Part shown: positions 1 to 10,171 of the stretch, piece by piece
Position numbering within the stretch: the stretch's first letter is position 1
How the letters are laid out: every line of letters begins with the position of its first letter
Assembly: GCA_963717465.1 (NCBI GenBank)
Contig: OY970340.1
Span: forward strand, 128,001-192,000
Direction: 5' to 3'
Length of the DNA: 64,000 nt
DNA from: Candidatus Bathyarchaeota archaeon
GTDB taxonomy: Archaea; Thermoproteota; Bathyarchaeia; Bathyarchaeales; Bathycorpusculaceae
Program-made: the position numbers and the translations under genes
Notes under the pieces: model-generated
The model's database searches: none
What the model was told of the DNA's origin: nothing
What the model saw: only the letters and a program-made list of their open reading frames with translations

Positions 1-90
1 ACCACATAACGCCATTAGAGCAAACAAAACTTGCAGGTTTTCCAGTAGCTTCTTATCTAACGTATCTTGCTTGCCCAAAAGCTTATTCAC
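1..90 (-). CDS. 5' end of an Lrp/AsnC-like regulator, truncated by the window edge; paralog of 48698-49270
   Basis: GTG at 90 reads MNKLLGKQDTLDKKLLENLQVLFALMALCG, matching MNKKLKSKQDRAERNFEQNLKILFALMALSG of the 48698-49270 protein. Not in the ORF track. Confidence 0.85.
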   Translation of the reverse strand, partial: MNKLLGKQDTLDKKLLENLQVLFALMALCG

Positions 91-111
91 CCAATGTAGT
101 ATTCACCAAAG

Positions 112-128
112 CGGCTTTAAGTCTTTTC
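112..128 (-). promoter_or_regulatory. BRE/TATA promoter of Lrp paralog 1
   Basis: GAAAAGACTTAAAGCCG on the minus strand; identical 17-mer upstream of the second Lrp paralog (49293-49309). Confidence 0.75.
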
Positions 129-204
129 GTTTGACATCGAGACTAAACCAAAAATAACGACTTACCTAAAACAAAGTTTTAATTGAGATAACCAGCCAAG
201 ACTA

Positions 205-239
205 TAAATAAAAAAGAAAAAGACAGAAGTCTCTGTCTT
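205..239 (-). terminator. Hairpin plus U-tract after the corrinoid gene
   Basis: AAGACAGA-N4-TCTGTCTT 8-bp stem (220-239), followed on the minus strand by T-runs. Confidence 0.6.
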
Positions 240-254
240 AGTTTTATTGCTTAT

Positions 255-908
255 TTAGGTTTTGCCTACGAGCATTCGTGCCTTCTTAATGGCGTCACCG
301 CAGTCTGCACCCCAAGTATCAGCCTTAATCCGCTTGCAGAAATCATCAGTCATCGGAGTACCGCCAACAAGAACCTTATACTTCTTACGCAACCCACGCT
401 CAACAAGCGTATCAACGAGTGCTCTCTGATAAGACATACTGCTAGTCATCAACGCACCCATAGCAACAATATCAGCATGGACCTCTTCAGCCTTCTTCAC
501 ATAATCCTCAGTTGGAATCTCTTCACCTAAATCATAAACATCAAAGCCATCAGTACGCAACATATCAGCAATCAAGTTCTTACCAATACTGTGAATATCA
601 CCAAACGCTGTACCAATAACAACTATGCCTTTTGCCTTTGGCAGCTTATCTTTGGGATACTTTTCCTTGAGATAATTAACTGCAGCAGTCATCGCATTAG
701 CAGCCATAATCACGTAGGGTAGTGGGTATTCGAAGCGGCCAAAGCGGTCACCAACTTCTTTGATGCCAACGGATAAGCCTTTCTCGATAGCGTCCATAAT
801 CTCCAGCTTGTTCTCAACAGCCTCTTTAGCCGCTGCAACAGCCTCATCCTCATTATAATCAATGATAGCCTTAGCCAAATGCTCAAGAACTTCAGCCTTA
901 GTCACCAT
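255..908 (-). CDS. mttC: Corrinoid methyl-carrier protein (MttC/MtbC family)
   Basis: N-terminal cap domain and B12-binding GDIHSIGKN (DxHxxG) motif; directly downstream of mttB. Confidence 0.92.
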   Translation of the reverse strand: MVTKAEVLEHLAKAIIDYNEDEAVAAAKEAVENKLEIMDAIEKGLSVGIKEVGDRFGRFEYPLPYVIMAANAMTAAVNYLKEKYPKDKLPKAKGIVVIGTAFGDIHSIGKNLIADMLRTDGFDVYDLGEEIPTEDYVKKAEEVHADIVAMGALMTSSMSYQRALVDTLVERGLRKKYKVLVGGTPMTDDFCKRIKADTWGADCGDAIKKARMLVGKT

Positions 909-932
909 AAAAATTCCCTTCTTTTGTCTCCT

Positions 933-2507
933 TTAGAATCTGGCGCCCGTTCCTGTTTTGTCTGCCGTGTAGCCGCCTATTTGGTACATCTTATCATACT
1001 TAGCAATAATTTCATTCATTTTGTCAGCTACGTCTTTTGGTGGTAATGGATTTGGAAATTCCTTTACGATCTTGTTAGTCAGGGCGAAAGCGCGATCATC
1101 CATGGTAAGCTTGTCTTCAATCCACCGAAGATATTGCCTCGTTTCCCATAAGCCATAACCATGACGCATAGGATAGAAGCCAGTATCTACCATGTTTTGC
1201 AAAGTGTATTTTTCCTTCATGAAGTCTCCTCTTGGGGTCTTCGTGAGCCATACATCTTTCATGTATGCGCCGGATGAAAAGTCTAAGTCCTTGAAATACC
1301 ATGTCATCATTCGAAGCATTTCAGCTGTCACAGCATAGCCCCATGGATTGATTCCATTCGGACCTACGGTGGAACTCCAACATCCTGTCTGATCAGTAGC
1401 GCTTTGGAGGGCGTTAAACAGATTGTAACTCATTAGGCCATTTTGTGTGTCTGAACCGCCACTGTAACCTCCTATGCTTTGTCCAGGCCACATTGTTGCT
1501 TTTGGCAAACTGTAGTTGCGGTGCCAGAAGTTCACATGAAGAGATAGCGCTTTACCGAATTGATCACCACATGCTGCTAGCATTTGCGTGTACGGCTCCA
1601 TGGGCATCACCAGATCATAGGTCATGACGGGGATATGGCCTTTTGCGACTCCGCCCATTCCCAAACCTAAACTTACCGCCATTCCTATAGATGAAGCCAC
1701 AGTCACTGAGTAGGCGCCCGTTAAGCTAATGGGACCTTGGAAACCAGGTATGCACACGTCAGTGAAATCTATAAGCAGAGGCCTGTTATTCTTCCAGCCT
1801 TCCAACGTACCAGTCATTCTGTCGCAAGTCTTTTGTCCATAAACTAAGCCTGGAGTGTCTCCATGGTTAGTTATGAACGGTCTCTTCGCAAGCTCATCAA
1901 ATCCTCCAAGAACCTCAGCAGCTAAATCAGTATAGCATTCAATATGATCAATTGCATCAATATGCCAAATATGCTTGGTAGTACATTGAATAGTGCTGTT
2001 AAGATCATGAGTATCCACTGGCAAACCAGCCTCAGCCAAATCCATAGGCAGGAAAATTGGGCTCGTCATATCGAACTCTGGGAAGTACTCAACAATTTTC
2101 TGCTCTCTCCAGTTGTCAGCGTCAACACAGTCTCTGAATTCAAAAAGTCGCGTAGCCGGATTCCATTTACCATAGAGAGCCATAATCCCAAAACCGCCTG
2201 CAAGAGTTCTGTTGCTTCCAGCGGATAAGAAACAGTCATTCTGGGGCGTCCTACCTGGCAAAATCTGCTCACTTGGTATTGCATTTACGGCTTCTACTGC
2301 AAGACCCTGAGACATCTTAGCAATTCCTTTCTTCTCGTCAACAGTGCAACCTAAATCCTTATAGACTTTGCAAAGCTTAGGAGTAACGCCTCCTACTCCA
2401 ATTCTTTCCAGCAGAAACATTGCGGCTTCATGGATTGACATTAATTCTTCTTTCGTTGCTAAAGAAGGGTTAGTGAACCTTCTAGGTACATTTATTCCTG
2501 TTCTCAA
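933..2507 (-). CDS. mttB: MttB-superfamily methyltransferase, non-pyrrolysine (paralog 1)
   Basis: 524 aa with MttB-like N-terminus (IHEAAMFLLERIGV) and C-terminus; DTQNGLMS aligns with the DxQxGxE-Pyl motif, with Ser at the Pyl position; TTG start with GGAG SD; adjacent corrinoid gene. Confidence 0.82.
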   Translation of the reverse strand: MRTGINVPRRFTNPSLATKEELMSIHEAAMFLLERIGVGGVTPKLCKVYKDLGCTVDEKKGIAKMSQGLAVEAVNAIPSEQILPGRTPQNDCFLSAGSNRTLAGGFGIMALYGKWNPATRLFEFRDCVDADNWREQKIVEYFPEFDMTSPIFLPMDLAEAGLPVDTHDLNSTIQCTTKHIWHIDAIDHIECYTDLAAEVLGGFDELAKRPFITNHGDTPGLVYGQKTCDRMTGTLEGWKNNRPLLIDFTDVCIPGFQGPISLTGAYSVTVASSIGMAVSLGLGMGGVAKGHIPVMTYDLVMPMEPYTQMLAACGDQFGKALSLHVNFWHRNYSLPKATMWPGQSIGGYSGGSDTQNGLMSYNLFNALQSATDQTGCWSSTVGPNGINPWGYAVTAEMLRMMTWYFKDLDFSSGAYMKDVWLTKTPRGDFMKEKYTLQNMVDTGFYPMRHGYGLWETRQYLRWIEDKLTMDDRAFALTNKIVKEFPNPLPPKDVADKMNEIIAKYDKMYQIGGYTADKTGTGARF

Positions 2508-2562
2508 TTTTTTTCTCTCCTAATTTTTAATTGTTTTTGACACGAAATTAAATATATGCGGT

Positions 2563-2684
2563 CTGATGTGTATTTAAGGTTAAATTATAAGTCAGTTTCA
2601 GCTTTTGCCACAAAATAAGACATTTCAACAATTGTCAATGACATTATCACATAATGAACAGAGTTTTTGGCACAATGTGCAACA
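2563..2684 (-). promoter_or_regulatory. Conserved promoter module, copy A (mttB1)
   Basis: TATTTAAGGTTA at 2571 (TATA/BRE on minus); boxes with ACA cores at 2610, 2641 and 2672 (31-bp period). Confidence 0.85.
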
Positions 2685-2828
2685 ATATATTTTGAACCTT
2701 TATCTGAAAAATCACAAATCAGAAAACATTTTAAAAGGAAAACAAGAAAACAAATGTCCGTTTTTTCACATTAACGATAAATAAGCAACTAAACAAAAAA
2801 ATAAAAAAAGAGTATTGAGGTTTTCTTC

Positions 2829-5145
2829 TTAAGGTCCCATGGGCCCGATGTTGGCTGAGTATACTTTTGCAAGATTAGCCTTGAAGCACCATGCACCAAG
2901 TTCAGGGCTAAGATGCTCTGGGCCGTCAGGCACTGTAACGTTAATGTTCCAGTCTGCCCATCCATAAAGCGTTGGTTCCTCAGCCGGCAACTCAGGACGC
3001 CACCAGCCGTGTTCTGGGTCGATTATCTTGGGGTTAACACCAAAATCATAACGTACTGTCTGTCTGCATCTGCCAAGCGGTGTTTCAATGTAAACCCATT
3101 CGCCATCTCCGATACCCATATTCCGTGCTGTAAGTGGATGCATCTTTACACGTGGAACCGGACGTAAATGACGCATTAACGTGAGATGTCGATGTTCACC
3201 ATGCTGCGCTTCTTGGAATCTGGCTCCACTGCACATAATCAGCGGATAGTCTTTTGCAATGTCTGGTGCACTGATCGGTGTCCATGCACATTCCACATAG
3301 TACGGCAACGGATTGTACCCAAGTTCTTCTAAGATGGTTGAGTAGAACGCAACTTTGCCCTCAGGGGTACCAAAGCCTCTAACCAGCCCAGTCTCTGGAT
3401 CGATCTCTTCGTATTTCTTGAACCTTGGCTCATAGGGCGGAACACCCTTCCATTCTTCAATAACTTGCTTTCGTGTCCAACCAGCGGGCTCGTAGAACCA
3501 AGCTTGAAATTCCTCTAGAGTCTTCCAATGCCAAACTTCATCAACTCTTTGTTTACCGACAACGGCGACAGCTAGGTCTCTGAATATGATGCTGTCGTCT
3601 TTTAGATCCCAAAGTCCAGGTATTTTCTGGGGTAGTGCGCGGTCGCCTGCAATCTCAAACTCAATCTGGCCTTGACATGAACAGGTTGCGTACCCAGATG
3701 GCCTCTCAAATTGACTGGTACCGGGCAGCACGTAATCTGCTATCATAGCCTCTGGAGTCATGGAAGCGCATTCTACGTAAACAAAGAGGTCAAGTTTCTT
3801 TAAAGCCTCGTAAACTTTCTTGGTGTTCGGATAGCCTCTCATGGGACCTACTTCACCGGAAAGCATAGCTTTAATGGGGTATGGTTTTCCCGTTAAAATC
3901 GTATCTATCGTGCTAGGGAAGTTTGGACCTATTGGCCCAGCGGATGGAACTCCCTTCCAGTATCCTTTATCCATTCCTGCAGCAATAATTGCACCTGCGC
4001 CAGGATAAGCCAGCATCTTATACTTGTCCGCTCCTATCTGGTTTGACATCATTGACATGTCACAAGCGTTTATGACATCAGTATGCATCTCAGTACCTGA
4101 GTGGAATTTGGGTTTTGCATGCAGATATTCGCCGCCTTCTACGTCAATGTTGCCTGTTAACGCAGGTAACATATATTTTGATCGGATGTTGCTCAAAGAG
4201 TTCCTGCCTGCTGATTCGATTGCGTAGCCGAATGGAAAATCGCATGGATGATTTTTCGCTATAAATCGGGCAGCTTCTTTTATCTTTTCAGCTGGAATCC
4301 AAGTAATTTCCGCAGCCTTCTCAGGCGTATACTGCTTAACGCGCTCTTTGAGCTTATCAAATCCAAAACACCATTTCTCCACAAAATCATGATCATACAA
4401 GTCCTCCTCAATGAGAACGTTCAACATAGCCATATTCAGCGCAGTATCAGTTCCAGGCCTAATTGCTAACCAAACTTCTGAAAGTCTACCAGTCTCAGTA
4501 AATCTTGGATCAACAGTGAGCATTTTTACGCCAGCATCTACACCTGCAACAAACCCAGGCCACGAATACGTCCAAGACTCTCTTGGGTTCGTACCAGATG
4601 CAAAGATACCCTTAGTCTTACCAGGAATTATGTTTGCATACGTTAATCCCACGCCATAGCCTACTCCTAAGGCTTGGATCGTGGGTCCGGCTCATGTCTG
4701 AGCAGCAGCGGAACCAAAGTTTGGGCTACCCATCATGATAAAGAAAGCAGCCTGTCCAAGACCCAGATTCGCAGCTTCGCCCGGTGCCGCTAAAGCCGCA
4801 AATTGATTCTCCACCGTACTTTTCCTTGATTTCTTTCACTTTTGTGGATATTTCTTCGGTCGCTTGTTCCCATGATATTCTTTGCCATTTGCCTTCTCCA
4901 CGTTTGCCTATTCTTTTTATTGGATACATCGGTCTGTCCTTGTTGTAAATGTATTCTAAACTGTACTTCCATTTTACACAATAGGGGCCCGGATTGAACG
5001 GGCTTTCCCAATCAGGCTCGACCTTTGTGATTTTTCCATTCTCAACAGTCTCAACAAGTTGACAGGAACCAGTACTGCAAAAACCGCAAACACACCTGTG
5101 AATCCCATCGAAACTCTTTGGATCTTCAAGTTTTTCACTCATCAT
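2829..5145 (-). CDS. Mo/W-bisPGD oxidoreductase (DMSO reductase family, acetylene-hydratase-like branch); putative selenoprotein; one frameshift at ~4760-4778
   Basis: N-terminal CGFCSTGSC...C 4Fe-4S motif, RIGKRGEGKWQRISWEQA, DPRFTET, RPGTDTAL, ADYVLP and a C-terminal dinucleotide-binding domain. In-frame TGA at 4692-4694 within GSPNFGSAAAQT*AGP. Start ATG at 5145 with GGAG SD. Confidence 0.9.
4648..4685 (-). other. Bacterial-type SECIS-like stem-loop immediately 3' of the in-frame UGA
   Basis: UGA-GCCGGA-CCCACG-AU-CCA-AGCCU-U-A-GGAG-U-AGGCU-A-UGG-CGUGGG: 6+3+5 bp helices, a bulged U and a G-led apical loop 24 nt after the UGA. Confidence 0.7.
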
Positions 5146-5196
5146 CCTATCTCCTATTTTTACTGTGTTTTTAGCACAAAAATGAATGTATGCAGC

Positions 5197-5318
5197 CTGA
5201 TGGATATTTAAGGTTAGATTATAAGGCAGTTTGGATTTTTGCCACAAAATAAGGCATATAAGCAATTCTAATTGACATTATAGCATGAAAAGTATTTATT
5301 TTGGCACAATGTGCAACA
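5197..5318 (-). promoter_or_regulatory. Conserved promoter module, copy B (Mo/W enzyme)
   Basis: TATTTAAGGTTA at 5205; GCCACAAAATAAGGCA, TGACATTAT and GGCACAATGTGCAACA lie at the same offsets as in copy A (ACA cores 5244, 5275, 5306). Confidence 0.85.
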
Positions 5319-5473
5319 GCACTTTAGGAACCTTTGTTAGGTACGAAAAACCACTCTTTTCTTGTTGATTGCTTTCCAGTTAGTTTTTGACTGATTAGTT
5401 AGACTTTGCAATTTAGAGTATCCTGAGATTGCTTTCTAGAGGAAATGATTCTTCGAGATTCTGAAAAATTCTA

Positions 5474-5588
5474 ACACATTGTGTTAAAAAAAACCGCAAT
5501 TTAATGCAACATTTCAAAACATTAGTTACCTCTTTCAGCTTGTTTTGAGGCAGAAATTTGAAAGCAATATACGACTTAGCTTAAATAA
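5474..5588 (+). promoter_or_regulatory. Diverged inverted copy (E) of the promoter module, upstream of the SDR gene
   Basis: ACACATTGTGT (5474), CTTGTTTTGAGGCA (5539) and CTTAAATA (5580-5587) are reverse-complement equivalents; box1-TATA spacing is identical; the middle box is weak. Confidence 0.6.
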
Positions 5589-5661
5589 CATTGTAATCTC
5601 CTATTATTTTTCAATAAGAAAAGTTGGAGATTTTGACAAAGATAGAATTGAGGAATTTAAG

Positions 5662-6507
5662 ATGGACATGAAGAATTTATTTGGTTATGAAAAGCAGACA
5701 GTGGTGGTTGTCGATGCCGCCTCTGGAATTGATAAGGAAACAGCTTAGATATTAGTTGAACTTGACGCCGAAGTGTACGGTTTAGATATTCAGGAAACCA
5801 AGACTTCAGGTGTTAAGTACATTAATGTAGACTTGAGGAAAAACAATCAATCGAGGCTGCAATCGCGAAGTTGCCTTCAAAGGTTGACAAGATTTTCAAT
5901 GTTGTAGGAATTGGCGAATCGCCGAATCGCGTTGATATAGTTCTAATAAATTTCGTTGGACACAGACATATCATTGAAAATCTTCTTCCACGGATGCCAG
6001 ATGGCAGTGGAGCTATTGCGATAGTTTCATCCCTTGGCGGCTTGGCTTGGTTGATGAACCTGCAGAATGTGCAAACTTTTCTTGCCATACCAGATTGGGA
6101 AGGCGCCGTTGCATGGCTTGAAGAACATAAAGAGGATCCTGAAATCATCGGCGGACCAAAGCAGAACATTAGAGAATATAATTTTTCCAAAGAATGTCTC
6201 GTTGCATACACCAAGGCACGCGCTTATCAGCTATCTCAAAGAGGCATTAGATTAAACACAATCATGCCTGGTGTCACTCAAACTCCGTTGTTGAAGGGAA
6301 TGACCGATGAACAGGGGAAAAAACATAATATCACTTATTGGACGTTACGCGAAGGCTGCTGAACAGGCATGGACGCTCGTATTTCTAAACAGCAATTTAG
6401 CAAGTTACATTAGTGGAGCAGACATCGTCGTTGACTATGGATTCTCAGGCGGCATATACACCGGTCAAGTAGATCTGTCAAAGACAGGTTGGCTGCCCTC
6501 TGTTTAA
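5662..6507 (+). pseudogene. Short-chain dehydrogenase/reductase pseudogene (3-alpha-HSD / coniferyl-alcohol dehydrogenase-like)
   Basis: Pieces in several frames; YNFSK catalytic motif, NTIMPG and ISGADIVVDYG. In-frame TAG at 5746, Rossmann motif degraded to VVVDAASGID, and two frameshifts. Confidence 0.75.
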
Positions 6508-6737
6508 GAAGATCTAAACGGAATAAGCACTGCCCACAAGTTTTTCTTTTTTTATTTTGTTTTTAGTTTAGCGGAAAAGATCAGAAGTTAAAAAGAGGTT
6601 CTAAAAAGTTATCAAGCAAGCATTCATCTCTAAAGGAATGAACAAACATTCTTCTTAAAGACTGGGTTATCGGGTTTTAGAATTATTGATGAACAAAAGA
6701 TAATTAAACACGCGAAAAAGGGACTAAAAGAAGAAGA

Positions 6738-8567
6738 TTATTTTACGGTGACGGATTTAGCTAAGTTGCGAGGCATATCAGGATCAAGCTTTCTTTCTAA
6801 GGCTACATAATATGCAAGCAGTTGCAGGGGAACTACGAACGGGATTGGAGATAAAACAGGAGGTATGCCCTTTGGAACTTCAACCCAATCGTCTGCCAAC
6901 GCCTTGATTTCTTCATCGCCTTCTTCGATAATTGCAATGATTGATGCTCCTCTGGCTTTCATCTCCATAATGTTGCCTATCAATGTCTTGTGTGAATCAT
7001 CCTTTGGACAACTGAAGATAACTGGAAACTCGGGTTCAACAAGGCTAATTGGACCGTGCTTGCTTTCGCCTGCTGGAAAAGCGATAGATGGGATGTATGC
7101 GATTTCCATGAGTTTTAGTCTTCCTTCAAAAGCGGTGGCAGAGCTAATTCCCCTTCCTAGAAAGAAGAAAACCTTTGAATTACAATATTTCTTGGCGATA
7201 TGCTTGATTTTTTCCTCTTGAGTCAGAATCGTTTTATCAACTATATCAGGGAGTTTGTCGAGATTTTCTTCCAAGCGATCTATTTCATCCTGTGAAATCT
7301 TTCCTCTTTTCTTTGCTAATCTAAGTGCCAGTTGGGCTAAAACAGAAAGCTGAGAAGTGAAGGTTTTTGTCGCGGCAACTCCGATCTCTGGACCTGACTG
7401 TTGACCAATATACACTCTTGAGATGCGGGTCAAAGTGGAACCAATAACATTTGTAAGGCTTAAAATTGTGGCAGCGCGTTGCTGGGCAACGGTTACGGCT
7501 GCAAGGGTATCAGCCGTTTCTCCTGATTGACTTACAGCTAAAATAGTGCTGTCGATACTTACTGATTTACCATATTGTTCAATGAATTCGGAAGCATAAA
7601 CAGGATAAGAAGGCAGAAAGGCAAGTTTAGAGAACATGTATGATGCAGCTAAGCAGGCGTGATAACTTGTTCCGCAAGCAACCATAAACACTTCATTTGC
7701 ACGATCAAGGAAAGTTGAGATTAAATCCAGATAATGCTCTTGCATTCGAAGCGTATTTCGAAGGGTTGCAGGCTGCTCATGAATTTCTTTAATCATAAAA
7801 TGCGGATAACCCTGTTTAATAGCCATTTCAGCTGTCCACTCAATAATTTCTGGTTCACGGTTCACTATGCTGGAATCAGAAATCTTCTTAATCTCATAGC
7901 CCTGTGGAGAAAGAATTATCAGCTCACCATTGTTTACCGTTATTGCTTTGTTTGTTATCGGCAAGAAAGCTGGAATGTCTGATGCACAATAAACTCCATT
8001 GTCACTGATTCCTAAAACCAGTGGACTTTCGTTTCTGGCACAAATTATTTTATCTGGTTCTTTTGTAGAAATCACTGCTAAAGCATAGGATCCTTCAAGC
8101 CGTTCAATTGCATCCAGGACAGCGTCAGCTAATGATAATTTAGAATTGTTTTTCATAATTTCTTCAATCAAATGCGGAATAATTTCCGTGTCAGTTTTTG
8201 ACACAAATGTATGACCAAGATTTTGCAACTCAAGTTTAAGTTCAGCAAAATTCTCGATAATTCCGTTGTGAACCACTACTACTTGATTTTTGCAGTCTGA
8301 GTGCGGGTGTGCATTAACTTTCAATGGTGCACCATGCGTAGCCCATCTCGTGTGGCCAATTCCAACGCTTCCAGGCAAATCATCAAGGTTTAACTCTTTG
8401 TGCACTTCGTCTATTTTGCCCTGATCCTTTTTAGTGAATATTTTGCCATCTTGTATTGTTGATATTCCAACTGAATCATAACCTCGATATTCAAGACGTT
8501 TTAATGAGGCGTGTATTATTGGTGCTACTTTTCCTTCCTTTAAGACGCAACCGAAAATCCCACACAT
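6738..8567 (-). CDS. glmS: Glutamine--fructose-6-phosphate transaminase
   Basis: MCGIFG start at 8567, LEYRGYDS, GHTRWATHG, SQSGETADT and C-terminal PRNLAKSVTV. Confidence 0.97.
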   Translation of the reverse strand: MCGIFGCVLKEGKVAPIIHASLKRLEYRGYDSVGISTIQDGKIFTKKDQGKIDEVHKELNLDDLPGSVGIGHTRWATHGAPLKVNAHPHSDCKNQVVVVHNGIIENFAELKLELQNLGHTFVSKTDTEIIPHLIEEIMKNNSKLSLADAVLDAIERLEGSYALAVISTKEPDKIICARNESPLVLGISDNGVYCASDIPAFLPITNKAITVNNGELIILSPQGYEIKKISDSSIVNREPEIIEWTAEMAIKQGYPHFMIKEIHEQPATLRNTLRMQEHYLDLISTFLDRANEVFMVACGTSYHACLAASYMFSKLAFLPSYPVYASEFIEQYGKSVSIDSTILAVSQSGETADTLAAVTVAQQRAATILSLTNVIGSTLTRISRVYIGQQSGPEIGVAATKTFTSQLSVLAQLALRLAKKRGKISQDEIDRLEENLDKLPDIVDKTILTQEEKIKHIAKKYCNSKVFFFLGRGISSATAFEGRLKLMEIAYIPSIAFPAGESKHGPISLVEPEFPVIFSCPKDDSHKTLIGNIMEMKARGASIIAIIEEGDEEIKALADDWVEVPKGIPPVLSPIPFVVPLQLLAYYVALERKLDPDMPRNLAKSVTVK

Positions 8568-8778
8568 TGCAAAGTTCACTTTCCAATTGCTTGTTGTTCT
8601 ATGCATAACCCTGGTTTATTAATAAGTTTTATTAAGAAACAATACATATGCTATAAAATTTTTTTTAATGGTCGGGTCTCATTTTTGTGTAATCACGCTT
8701 GGTGTAGGTCAATAATCTTTTGAACCATTATAAATAAATTTTTTATACTACTTTCCGCTTAACCCTACTGACATCAAG

Positions 8779-9738
8779 ATGGATAAAAAACTTCTTCTCC
8801 AAGAAAATGGCAACACCCAAGAAGTAAAAGAAATCAGCATAATCAAAGAGTCCACAAAAACTCAAGATCAATGCTAGGTAATCTAAGCTGGAAAATTCTA
8901 ACGATGCTATCAAAAGACGAAATGTACCCCATAGAAATCGCAAAACAACTCGGAATCCATGAGCAAAAAGTCTACTACCACATTAGAAAGCTAGCACAAT
9001 CAGGCGCCATAACTGTGATAAAAGAAGAAAAGAAAAAAGGTGCAACAGCAAAATACTATAAAACCGTTTCACCTGCTTTTGGAATAGAATTTTCCGGCGG
9101 CTATAAACAAATACAAAACATTCGCTTTACTGACGAACAATTAAAATTATTCTTCGATGAATTTGTCAGAAAGAAACATTCTGGATGGTAAAATAGTAGT
9201 TGGCAGTCCATTACCGCACGGCCCCTTTAAAACAAGCGCAAGAGACGGCCATTATGCTGCACATTTATCGCTTTTCTTAGGGCAATTTGCCAAAATGCCC
9301 TCTGAATTCGCGGTAAAATTGGACGTTGATGTTAAAGCTGAAAAAGAAGAGAAAAACAACTTAATCCTTGTTGGCGGTCCAGGAACAAACCTGCTTACAC
9401 AGGAAATAAACGATTATTTACCCATTAAATTTATAATGCAATCTTCCGAACAAGGTTTCTTGCTTGGCGGTTTGCAATCTCAAAAAACCATGAGAATTTA
9501 CACATCTGATGTTTCAGGATTAGTAGCTAAAATAGTGAATCCATGGGAAAAAACCAAACGCATCATAGTTTTAGCAGGAAACAAAGCTGTTGGAACAAAA
9601 GCTTGCGTTTTAGCCTTAACCAATTTCTGGAAAAAAACATTGCAAAATTATCAGGGGCAAGATACTTTTGCAGTTGTCATTCAAGGGTTCGATCTTGACG
9701 GCGACGGCAAAGTGGATTCAATCGAGGTTAATGAATAG
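8779..9738 (+). CDS. ArsR-type HTH regulator fused to a C-terminal alpha/beta domain (two frameshifts)
   Basis: MYPIEIAKQLGIHEQKVYYHIRKL HTH; continuation with NLILVGGPGTN; upstream ATG at 8779 in another frame. Confidence 0.7.
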
Positions 9739-10171
9739 TTGAGTTCTAAGAAAACTGAGAAAATTTTAGCTTACGGAAATCCTAACATCCAAGCTACTCA
9801 TCCAACTACTTTGATGCTCACAAAAGATAAGCATCTTTCAAAAACAGGTGATTGCATAATCGCGGTTGCCGCAAACAAAGCATTGGCAGATTTGAGCGAT
9901 GAATTTAAGAAAGCTCTCAAGGCGCCGAATGTTAAGTTAACAGTTCTAATCGAAGTGAATGGCTTAATTGAGCAAGTTACCGCTTTTGGCTCGTCAAAGC
10001 TTACTTTAACAGACAAAAATGATATAGTAATCAGAAAAAGCAGATTACGTTTGCGATCGGACATTAGCAATTCACTGCGATAAAGCTTCAAAGGATCTTT
10101 CAAGAAAACTTGTTGAAAAACTCAAAAAACCTGAAAACAAGGTAACCATAACACTTACTGTTGAAGACTAA
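9739..10171 (+). CDS. DUF371 family protein (frameshift near the 3' end)
   Basis: AYGNPNIQATHPTT...GDCIIAV...IVIRKS; C-terminus in a shifted frame to TAA at 10171. Confidence 0.8.

Noticed and set aside
933..2507. Pyrrolysine-containing trimethylamine methyltransferase
   Set aside because: Neither mttB paralog has an in-frame amber codon; Ser occupies the equivalent position.
5746..5748. In-frame TAG in the SDR gene as possible pyrrolysine or read-through
   Set aside because: It is not at a catalytic site, and the gene also has Gly-to-Asp changes in the Rossmann motif and two frameshifts. Ordinary pseudogenisation fits better.
8568..8700. glmS ribozyme upstream of glmS
   Set aside because: The leader is short and AT-rich with no recognisable ribozyme core.
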